Below, in pieces: positions 11,101-23,100 of a stretch of 64,000 bases of DNA. Position numbers and translations under genes: made by a program. The notes under the pieces are model-generated. The model was not told the DNA's origin and searched no databases. It saw only the letters and a program-made list of their open reading frames with translations. Each line of letters opens with the position of its first letter. Within the stretch, counting starts at the first letter, position 1. The stretch is taken from positions 57,350,001 through 57,414,000 of the forward strand of contig OZ249436.1 in assembly GCA_965235115.1 (NCBI GenBank), read 5' to 3'. The stretch comes from Laetmonice hystrix. Taxonomy: Eukaryota.

Positions 11101-14100
11101 TATAAAAGGAGTGTTGAGTGGCATTTTTGACTGAGGGCAAAGTGTTTAGTCGCCATTTCCGTTAGAAAAGCAGAGAATAAAGTATATTATATATAGCAGC
11201 CCCTATCGTCATAATCCTGATTACCTGATGAATAAATAGGCCTTTAATATAATACACGCAAGTAGAGCAAATTGCCCCTGGTAGGCTTACCACCATGTAT
11301 AAGTTTCTGTTAAAGGTATACCAACAACAAGCAATGAAAGTGAAACGACAGTGTTGTAAGCCACCTTTGAATATATGGTTACACGATAGCTTTAGACTGT
11401 GTCAGTGTATCGGATAGGTGCCGAGATGGTAGCGAACATACCAACAGTTTGAGCATTCACATGTGTCAAAAAGGAAAGTTGCCAGAAGGGCGATTGTGAT
11501 GTTAGGATCCGCAGTGTATTAGGATTCCTGATGACTGTTTGCCTTAGCATCCTCACATTGTGCAGCCTAGGTGAATTATCATCATAGAGTATCATGTTGG
11601 GAATAGGGTAACTCGTCAGTATTTGACGGCGTGCTTGCCCTCCACCGCCAGTAGACAGTAATAATAATAATAGGGCCCCATTGACCTAGAATTCCAGATG
11701 GTGCATGTTACAGAAGACAAAAAAATGTTTCTGAGAGAGGATGGTGTCGCCATAGCTAACATACTGTTGACAGTTTTTTCAGCGTAGCTGTGTTGGTTGA
11801 TTTGATAGAGCTTTGAGGGCCAACTTTGTTATCTGTTAACACTTCTGACACCTAATACAGAGCAAGTACGAATTAACCGGTGATACGACGTTAGTGTGGG
11901 TGGGTGTGTTTCTTTTTCTCCTTGCAGCCATATGAAGCCAAGCAAAGCTGATACCAAGTCGCGTAGTTATGTCATTTTCCTAACTGGTGCCCAGCTTCAT
12001 ATAAGGAGGATTCCTGATGCCTCTCTATGTGAAGAAAACCCCCCAACTGAGTCATTCAAGCTCCGTTGCTAGGCAACAGTAAGGCTACACATGTATGTAA
12101 ATGAACAGTAAGACAATGGACATCGTCTTGTTATGATTTCTCTACTGAAAGCTACATTTATCAGGATGGGATAGCCCGTTGCTAAGGAGGTCTCACACCC
12201 AAGATCTGTTGCTAGGCAACGGGCTGGTATTATGGAATAATTGATGTTACCATGTTAACCCATGATATGACTTTAGTGTGGGTAGGTGTCTTTCTTTATC
12301 TCCTTGGAACCGTATGAGGCCAGTTGCTAAGCATGTTACTGTTGCTAGGCAACAAAACGCTAAAACAGGCCTCACAGGCAGGATCCAGGATGCCTCCCTA
12401 TCTTAAAATAAAGAGTATGGTCCCAGGTTACTCTGTGAAAATTCTCATGCTTTTATCACAAAATGCACAATTGGTCTGTATTTTTGGTCTTATCTGCCCC
12501 ACTATTAGTGGTAGTCTATATTTTGTTTAATCATAGTCGAGAAACTTCAAAGGCCTGCAAAGTAAAATATGATCTAGTATAAATTAAAAAGAAGACTGGA
12601 AATATGAATGGCAGACCTTAAAACGGGGGAAGACTTGGCATATGGGAGTAGATATGGATGGTGTGGTTGGTGAGCGTGATACGGTGGCTTACCGACCTGC
12701 CGGCAGGCCTAGGTGGGCTTACCGACCTGCCGGCAGGCCTAGGTGGGCCAGTCAGTCAGTCATGATGCGGGGATCCCTGGCTGAAGGATCCTATAAATAA
12801 TACCACCTGACGGCCACCCCCCCGGCCAACCCGACTCTCACGCTCGCCCGAACGCACGCACGCACGCACGCACGTACGCCGAAAGGCGGTGAAAATCTAC
12901 GGCCAACTAAAATATGCTCTAAGTCGATTAAAAGGGATTGAGCCGGGGTTGTTGTTATTCATGTAGCTTAAGTTTATATGGCCTCCTAACCTTTACATGT
13001 TGATGATATCGGTCGTCTTAAGCTCGACACGTATGGTGCGCCTCCAGGACGGTATTACGGTGAACTAATGGATTAGGTGTAAATCAAAACCAGGCACAGT
13101 TTACACTGAAGCGTTGGGATACTGATTAAGCACACCCCAGTGGATTGCGAGGATAGATAGCGGATTATTTTTGCCTTGGGCCTGGGCGATGTACATAGAG
13201 CTGGGCAAATAAATCGCCTTCGTTTCATGCTTGTGTTCAGTATATTGCTCACCAAGAAGTGGGTCTCAATAATATGGCATCGGCTCGTCCTTTCGTAACA
13301 TTTAGTTTGTACTTTTTCAGAGTTAGTGGTATGGACTCAGGTATCAAATTTGGAACTTCGCACCCCCCGCCCGGAAAAAAATTGCTTGAGCTTAAATTTC
13401 CTATCATCTGTGCTGGATATACAATATCGATTTGAAAAACAAAACATCGCGCAAATGTATATCTGATTAAATAGCATTGTTAGAGATAAGCGTGTCGCTG
13501 TCAAGTTGTCAGTACATGATGGGTGTGCACCGTGTACATGATGTGTGCACCGTGTACATGATGTGTGCACCGTGCACCGGGAGAGGCTCGAGGAGTTAGG
13601 CCCGATAATTGAACTGTCAACATGTTTTCTTTTAATCCAAATTAAAATCATTCCTTTCGACACTCAGACCAGATCGGGTCACTTATTTATTTACGTTCTT
13701 TGTGTTTCAGAATGGACTAAATGCTCTCCACCTTGCGTCTAAAGAAGGGCATGTAAACATTGTCACAGAGCTTTTGAAACGAGGGGCCAACGTTGATGCT
13801 GCAACTAAGGTAAGAACTATTCTAATGTAGCATATGTAGCATTGTTGTAGCCATCCTTTTCAATGCATCTTGTCTGGGTGCACTGGCCAGTGGTTGGCCA
13901 CTGACGTCTAGCCTCCGGTCAGTGTGCCTCAGTGCACTGGCCAGTGGTTGGCCACTGACGTCTAGCCTCCGGTCAGTGCGAGTTTGGTATGCACTGGCCA
14001 GTGGTTGGCCACAGTGACTGACGTCTAGCCTCCGGTCAGTGTGAGTTTGGTATGCACTGGCCAGTGGTTGGCCACTGACGTCTAGCCTCCGGTCAGTGTG

Positions 14101-17100
14101 AGTTTGGTATGCACTGGCCAGTGGTTGGCCACTGACGTCTAGCCTCCGGTCAGTGTGTCTCAGTGCACTGGCCAGTGGTTGGCCACTGACGTCTAGCCTC
14201 CGGTCAGTGTGTCTCAGTGCACTGGCCAGTGGTTGGCCATTGACGTCTAGCCTCCGGTCAGTGTGAGTATTTGGTATGCCCAGTGATTTACCATAATGAC
14301 GTCTGGCATCAGTCCGTTCAGGTTGATGGCCCTTGCGGTCCGTCTCTGCGAGCAGTCCAAGTGTCAGATGAGACTTAAAAACTGTCCACGGCCACACGTC
14401 CCCACCCCCACCCAATCAGCCAGGGCGTCTGAGGCCTAATGGCCGGGCAGCCGGGGCGTCCAAACTAATAGTCTGCCCAACCACCTGTCTGTCATCACTC
14501 ATCGACCTTCATCCTATGAATTCCCTTCTCAGTACTCCTGCAGAGGGGACACCCCTTCGGTCTGGACAGGGGCGGGGCAGAGTTCAGATTAAAGGAAAAG
14601 CTGTGGTTTCTATTATGATATAGATAGCGTTACCCCAATGGAACGCCAATCATTAGTATAAAAACTAAATTTTCAGAATTTACATAATATTAGTTCAAGA
14701 TGTTAAATTTGCCTCTGCCGAGAGTGACAGCTTCACGACATTTTCCTGTTATGTTTTCGTACGAACCCCTCGTACTAGCGCACTTTCAGATATTACTCTG
14801 TTTGAGTTATCAAGGTGTGGTGGCTGGCATCCAGCCAGGCTGACAGATAGAAACTCGGCAGCACTATCGCAGTTGCTGGTTAGTTTTTTCGTTGCAGAGA
14901 TTGCCTGCGTGGAGGGGTTTGCCACATCAAACTGCCGGCATCTCCAGAATCCTTTCAGGCACAGAAACACGCCAAAGTAAACTGAAATTGACATCACGGC
15001 AATATTACTCTGAGTTACTGGCTGCAGTATTTCTAACTCGTACGATTCCGTGTTATTGGTATTTAACTCCATTCAAGAGATGCCACATCCTCAGTCTTAA
15101 AAAGAGAGAATTAGCACATAGCACATTGAACGTAAAAATAAACGGAAGCCTTATTTCTTTAAGCAGGCACACTATTCAGAAGAAAGGGAATTTTTAAATT
15201 TACTTTTTGATCCGTGGATATTCCCTGTCTAAGAAGTCTGCTGACGCTGCAAGTCTCAAGGTGGGTCAGATGTACAACTGACCCTGTAAGTACTGAGCAT
15301 ATACACGCCCTCAAACGTTTACAAAACACCGATGGATTTAATGGCGGTTAAACATGTCTTGGTCTAAGTTGAAGGTGTATGCAAAGTACGCGAATCTTGA
15401 CCAAATGTATCATAGGATATATTTGAGACAGTAAAATTATAATAGATTTGGCAGGACCATACAATCTATAAATCAGTGAGAGATATCCTAGATATCCTAG
15501 TTCTAGGCCAGGCGTGTGCAAAATACATTTTTGTATGAGGTGTTGAAGGCCTGTAATATATGTTACATTATTGTGCACTGTTTGATATTAACAAAATACA
15601 GGGTCCCATGCCTGATTTGAGTGTAGACCTCAGTATGGGAAAAGTGTAAGCTGTTCCTGCAGCATTGGGAACCAGCACACTGCCAGCATCTCAGCAGACC
15701 CTTCAGGCCAGCACCGTCCCATCCACTGGTCACTGACCTACCCCAACCCCCTTTCGTTGCCTGGGATGTTTTCAGGCCGTAATTGATTGTGGGAACACAA
15801 GTGTGGTAATACTAGGTAGAAGGCTGAATTCATCTTCATCAGTTGAATAAAGCTACATAATTTCTAAAGGTTGTACACTGTAGATAGATCTCGGAGTCTA
15901 ATTTCAAGGTCAAGTTGTCTAACCCGTGGTGTATAGTTGGAAAATATATTTACGTATCGTGTACCTGACACTAGATAAATAAATATCAATGGTAAAAATT
16001 TATTATTGAGATGTAACCTACAATGGCCTTAGAGTAAATGCACACTTCATCCATTGAGAACACATGGGCTTTGTCCAGCACAGAAGGTGTTTGCTTTCAC
16101 TGATGGCCCAGGGAAGGGGGGGGGGGATATGGAGCTGCCTGGCTGGAGGCAGGGACATATAATACACAGAACTCAGAAGAGGCAGGCGGTGGTACGGTAG
16201 GCTGCTGAAGTTGTCTGCTGAAGTCGACCTCGTAGCTTTAGAGTTCTTGTGAATAATCAACCGCAGGGCCGCATTGCCGGTTCAGCCCTGATGGTGCACA
16301 CGCCTTAGGGTTCAGGAGAATGGGTTACATCACCCCAAGTGTCAGTGCATTCTGCCGTATCATGCCATCAACCCATTAGACTCTGTGCATCCTCCAGGCT
16401 TGCTGTACAGGCTGGTAGTGATATACTACTATTACTCATACAACTGTTAGTCAGTTTCTTGTCGCTGTGCTGTTTCTCATGAGGAAGATGTTTGAGAAGC
16501 GGGTAACGCCCACTGATGCTGTGTTGCCATGGAAACAGTGCATCACTGGCTGATAGACTTGCACGAGACTTCCTACCGAAATTTGGTCATGACAAGATAA
16601 ATGTGAAAAGTAAAATTTGGATATTGAAATTATCTGGAAAATTGTGGGTAAATTGGTGTGTGTGTGTGGCACGGGCGTGTTAGTTTTATGGGGCGGCTCT
16701 TGCAATTTCTTGAAGCTTGACTGATTCTCATGAAGTATTCTTTCTATTCGTATTTTACAGAAAGGAAACACAGCCCTTCACATAGCCTCCCTAGCTGGAC
16801 AGGAGGAAATTGTCAAGATTCTGGTGCAACAGGGGGCCAAAATCAATGTTCAGTCACAGGTAAGGAGTCTTACGTCAGTGAGATACTGATTATTATACAA
16901 TGCGACCGAATTTCTCATCTTCATTCTTTACTGTTCCTTGGGAAATCAAACGTGACAAAGTCCATTTATATCAGTATACAAACAAAAGTGTGGTTTTTTT
17001 GGTGTCAATGAATCAACTTGAATGGCTTGCTCTTGATTAATTTATTAGCTAGAATGAAGAAGTATTATTGTAAATCTAGAAGTTCGAAGAGGACTTTTGA

Positions 17101-20100
17101 GGTGAAAATACCCGTTGTTTCTAGAGGTACTGGTAGTATAATATACTGACGGTGTTGTATGTTTCAGAATGGGTTCACCCCCTTGTACATGGCCGCCCAG
17201 GAGAACCATGCCGAAGTGGTCAAATTCCTACTGGCTAACGGGGCAAGCCAGGGATTGGCCACAGAGGTAAATATCTCTTTGAAGTGTCGCCCGAAATATT
17301 TTGTAATCTTGGGTTATCTAAACTTTGATGCTCTTAAAACTTGACAGTAATCTCAATTTGTACTACATACTGTATCAGCAAAGCTTGGTTTTCTTTTCTT
17401 TATGAAAATAGGAACACTTCTGACTTTGTTTGGTCCTGTTTCAGGATGGATTTACTCCACTGGCAGTGGCATTGCAGCAAGGCCACGACAAGGTGGTGGC
17501 TGTCCTGCTCGAAAACGACACACGGGGCAAAGTGCGACTGCCCGCACTTCACATTGCCGCCAAAAAGGATGACATAAAGGCTGCCACACTTCTGCTACAG
17601 AGCGAACACAATGTAGATGGCCAGTCAAAGGTTAGTAGAGAGAAAACCTCTTTTTTTCCGCGGTGATATACAGAACAAGTGTGTGTATTAAGTATGGTCA
17701 ATAATGTGGTTGCATGTTGGAAATCCAGTGACAAAATGATGAGGCGTTAGAATATAGATATTTTATTGCATCAAGTTGAATTGGTTCCATCACCTCATAA
17801 AGTGTGAGTATATTACTCAGGACCATTTAGATATTTCGATGAGCACATTGTTTATCGTCAGTGTTCAGAATTTGTATCAAACGGAAGAAAGTGGTGGTCA
17901 CCATGCCGTTAGAAATTGGTTGTATTGTAAAATATAGTTTGCCCCTGCACTGACACTGACATAACAACCGCGTTCAACCCGTGGTAACGCGTTTGAGTGA
18001 CGTCTGACTCGTAGATGTTCTTCATGAAGAACTTGAAGTCATGCAACCATAGTAGTTCAGTAAACGGGGCACTTTGAATGGAGACCAGGCTGAATGGTCT
18101 TTCAGGAAACAGGAAGATTTTACTCTGATGAAATCAGTTTTGGACAATATTTTATGACTCAAAACGGTACGAAAAAGAATCCACAGCCACTGAAAAAAGA
18201 ACAAGATAGCAAGTTTGGAAAGAAGGTCATTAAAGAGCTGCCAAAAGGAAAAAATTAACAATAGAAACAATTGCTTTAAATTTAACGAGAAATGTAAGGC
18301 ATATCAAAGACTTGATTTGACCAAGCATATCAGCCCTTGGAGATTAAAGATTCCAGATTTATTTTCATCTTGATCAATGTTAATAGCGTATTTCAGTCAA
18401 TTTCAATAAAGTCTGGTCTCCATGGATACCATTGTCATGAGGTTGTGTTACTTTGATGTTGTTGTCATGGATGTGACCTCTGACCTCAATGTACATTTTT
18501 TGTACCTTTTTCCAGAGTGGCAGTTTAGTCAATACCACCACAAAGGTCTGTAGGCCAGCGTAACCGATGCCTTGTCTTGTTATTGTTCTCAGTATTACCA
18601 TACACTAAGTGGATGTTGTCTCTGTGTGCAGTGTCGTGAATCTTTACCCATGTTTTTGTCAGTATCTTGTCTCTCGTGGTCAGTGTTACACATATGGTCA
18701 TTTCACCTTTTTACCAGGAAAACGAATTTCCAAGTTTATTGTGTTTTCATCCGATATTATTTCATACACCAGTCATATAGAAGAAGATCAAATTGTCAGT
18801 TGAGAACGTTCTACTTTGACTACACAGTTGTACCAGCACCGAACATTTGGAAGTACGCCGAAAAAAGATTACATATTGCTCTACGTCATATGCAAAAAGA
18901 AATGTTATAACTTTGTGAAAAGAAGACGGCCTGGAGACGTTAGTATGACGGGTAGGTGGAGGTGAGCGGCTGGGAGCACGTGTATTGTACTATTTGTAGG
19001 TGGGTTGTTGGGTATCCTGTGCTGGTATTATACTGTGTAGTCAGTGTGAAGTTCTTGCTGACCTTGATGATCTTCAGCCGACCGCTGCAAGCAAGCTGCA
19101 AGCAGACGCTAAAGGCCCACGTCAACACGAGTAACCGTAGTCAGTAACCGCAGCACTCAGCCTATTTATGCAGCAGTGTCACCTGGAGGAAGCTAGTAGA
19201 TGTATGCGCTGCTTTTTACGCTTTGCTTTGTTTATGTGGTGACATTAGGGACAGAACGAGGCCCAGCGCCAAACCCTGCGTCTCGTTGTCTCATTAGTAC
19301 AGATATGTTGTCATCAGCACACCTTCATTATCATCATTATCATTCATATTACCGGGGTATCCTTTGACTTCTATGGCCTCTTGGATTTTGTGTCGGTTCA
19401 CCTTAAATGTCTAAAAAAAAACACAAATAGCCACGAAACTAACAATACTGTATTCAGTGTACTTCTTGGTATTTGGCACAATATAAGCCTGGCAGAGTAC
19501 AGCTAAAGTTATGCCAGTGTTTGGCCAAGCAGATTTAGAACCTTCGAGTGCTTCTAAACCCTAACGGTCTGCAATTTAGTACCTGGAATACAGCTCTCAA
19601 AGATATCACGCTAAGATCCGTTCATTGCCAAAGTCGAAAGGTTTTAGAACCGCCTTGAAAAAGTCAGGTATAATTGAAAGATCGCCTTCCCAGCCCCCAG
19701 CGCTGAACCACATTTTGACGGTACCGGAGTGGAAGGGTTAATGATGGCGGGACCAGTCTGTCACACAGGTGGCTCCCCTGAGTGAGGGTGGGGCCAGAAA
19801 ATGGGTGAGTGGTAAATATACCGGGCTCAAGGTGAGGCCTGTGAACTCTACAGCTGTAGCTCCAGTCGTACGGACAGGGGCTGCTCAGTGACGATCACTA
19901 ACCGCAGCAGTCATACAAAAGTTCGGGATAACTTACCCAGAATTAATGGGTGTGGCTGATCTCTGGCCCTATACATTTTTATTTATTACAAATAACTTAC
20001 ATATGAGCAGATTGGGGGCGAAGGAGGATAGGGCAAAATTCCAAAGAGACCATTCGTAGGCCTAATGGTATATCCGTTACTACCTGACACCGTTTCTTCC

Positions 20101-23100
20101 TGGAATCAACATTTTGCGGATTTTTTTTCCAACATCCATTTCTCGTTCTTTCTTTGAGAATAATTCTGGTATCCCTGTTCCCGAAGCAAAATTACATTAG
20201 GACGGATGAGCGGACAAGCATAATAAAACATAAGCGTTTATCTATAATCTTCCTCGTAATGGTAGAAGAACTCCTAGTTGTCAGGAGGAGAAATCCATTT
20301 TCATACATTGAATATTGAAGGATCAGTTTCAGTCAACCACAAGTTTCATTAAACATTCTCGTATTCCATTCACTCTTGCATGGACGATCATCAAACCTTA
20401 TTTTCACCTAGATTGCATGTTTTAAACGGTATTAGATATATTCGGTGTCAAAAAGTTTCTGAATCTTGCATGAATCTGCCATTTAATTCTCTATAAGAAG
20501 ATTGGATGTCGAGGTTACCGGCAGCAGATTTCTCTCCTATTTAGAATAAGGAGTAGACGTAGTGCTAGAATTAGCTCGGTTGTAGATTATTTACCGGTAG
20601 ATGGCGTATCGACGTGGTTGTTCGTCTTGGCTCATTGCTCATACCGTAGACAGCTAAACTGGAATGGCGGGCGTACAGCAGTATAATACTGAAGGGATCA
20701 TGCAAGCTGCTCGACCAGGCCAGAGAATGTTAGCGTAGAGAATGTTGGCGGGCGTACGGCAGTATAATACAGAAGGGATCCTGCAAGCCAGAGAATGTTA
20801 GCGTTAAGTTTTATTGGCTGGAACTGTCTGGGTGTAATGAGGGCTAGTTTTGATATGAGGCTGAGGTGGAGCCGGCAGGTCCAAGGTTGGTGTTAAACAC
20901 CTACCGGCATCAAAACGTATCTAAGAATATAAATAAAACCATTTTACCAGACATACATTCTGAGTTACGTGAAAGTGGGGAGGGCATTCTTTACTGCGTC
21001 TGAGTTTTATGATGGGCAACACGTCTGGCTCTGTTTATAGCTGGGAAAATCTGTGTTATGATGATGGTATCATAATAGTAGTACATGGTTTACTGTTGAT
21101 TCCAAGTGATCCGAGAACATTTGACTGATGATTACCCTTATGCGTAGATTTAGTTTACATCCGTTTTTTCTAACGTTAAATATTTTATTTATTTTAATTA
21201 TGGTGACTGAAATGTTGGGATGAAATGCCACTTGAATATGAAATTTCCTTTTTTGAGCTGTTTGTCGTTTTGAGAGTGTGTTATGATGGTATGTCATCAA
21301 GACTTGATACTTACTTTGGCGGTCCAATAAAGATAGAATCGTCAGTATACATGAGAAACAAAGATGATTTCCAGGTTTGAACAAAAAAAATTGTAATGAT
21401 CTAGCCTACACCGATGCTTCGCACCCCGTATACAGTTGGGGAAGAGGCCAGCGTCTGGCAGACATTGCTATGTTCACTATAACATGCCCAGGTAGCCTAG
21501 ATACGTTGTCATGGAAACTGGCCTTTTATATAAATCACACACTCCACCTGTGGCAGCTGTGGTAAGAAGTTGGAGTGGTTCATTTTCGACAAGCACCTAT
21601 TGCCAGTTCAGTTATGACTTAGGAAGCTCCCCGCCTTATATACTTTGTCGAGAAATCATTATACAGGTAATGTGTAAGAATGTATTACAGAGCAGCCGTA
21701 TGAGAGACACCAGTATGTATCCATTTATGGTTTTTATCCCAAATAAATTTAATATGCATGTGGCATTTCATCCCTCAAGCAGTATTTCTTGATTTTATTT
21801 GATTGGGGAGAGATTACTAACAGGTTTACCCCACGTAGGAATTAGTTGTTAGGAGTTAACCATATAAAAGAGTAAACTTTCAAAATTAATTGTTCTGTCA
21901 TCGTTTCCGTTCGTCAGTTCCATGAGAAACATACCTCCGAGAGATTGATGGGGAAAACACCAGAAATGATCCCGGATAAGCGTTTGACGTGTTCAATTGT
22001 TTACGCTGATGTGGAATCAGCTAATTGATGCTAAATCTGGATTGTATTATGTTTCCAGAGTGGCTTCACACCTTTGCATATCGCAGCACACTATGGGAAT
22101 TTGAACATTGGTTCCCTCCTTATTGAGAAGGAAGCAGATGTCAACTTCAAAGCCAGAGTATGTAAAGATGACTTCTCATGACGTATATCTTATCATGTTA
22201 CTGAGGGAGACAATAAGAATATAAACCAACTCATGTGTAACATAGAACGGTATAGCCAAATTGTGTATTTTTTAAATGAAAATATTACCAGTACAATGTA
22301 TATATGTGTATTAAGGTGTTTGAAATGATTTTCGGTTACAGAATGCCATCACCCCCTTGCACGTGGCGAGCAAGTGGGGGCGAACAAAAATGGTGAACCT
22401 CCTGTTGGACAATGGCGCCAACATTTCATGTTCCACTCGTGTAAGTTTGGCCAATAGGTTTGAATGTTAATATCAGGGTAACGGTATTGGATGTGGACCT
22501 GCGGTCAAGGGGGAATTTATTTGAAAGAAAGAAAAAGTTATGTTTTATTTAAAGAAAGAGTGAGAGCACAGAGTCAGAGTGCAATATACCCATCACAGAA
22601 AGGTCGGGTAGTGCACTTTAAATTCCCTCTTCCACTGCTGACATGGGTACTATACTACCACTACTACTACCACCACTTGATTTGCTTTCAATTTTCGGCA
22701 ACACTAGCCATGATGATTGACTAATGGTGACGACAGCGCCATGTATGATGCCGAGCTACATCACCAACATTTACATGTTTGTTGATTCACAGTACGAACA
22801 GGATGAACAGATTTGTGGTCTCTGTCTCGTGTCTGAAGAAAGCGGAGTCTGTGAAAAGGTCACTTAAAACCGATGTGCAGTTTTTGATGATTAGATGTTT
22901 GTTAACAACTTTAGCTCTAAAGTGCATTTCTTTGCCCTCGTCTAAATTTAGTTCCCAATTTCTTTCAGTTCTCATTCAGTGTATCAAGAAGTATGGCTAT
23001 ATTTTTTCTTGCTATTGAACCTATTAAGAAGGCCGCTCATTGCACTGATGAAGACAATATTCCGGGACAATCCTGAGTTATAATTTTTTAAGTACCCAAT

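Noticed and set aside
13822-14415. 197-aa minus-strand ORF with repeated [16 protein letters not shown]
   Set aside because: It is a translation of the minisatellite: GTG start, no splice or domain support, open only because unit lengths are multiples of 3
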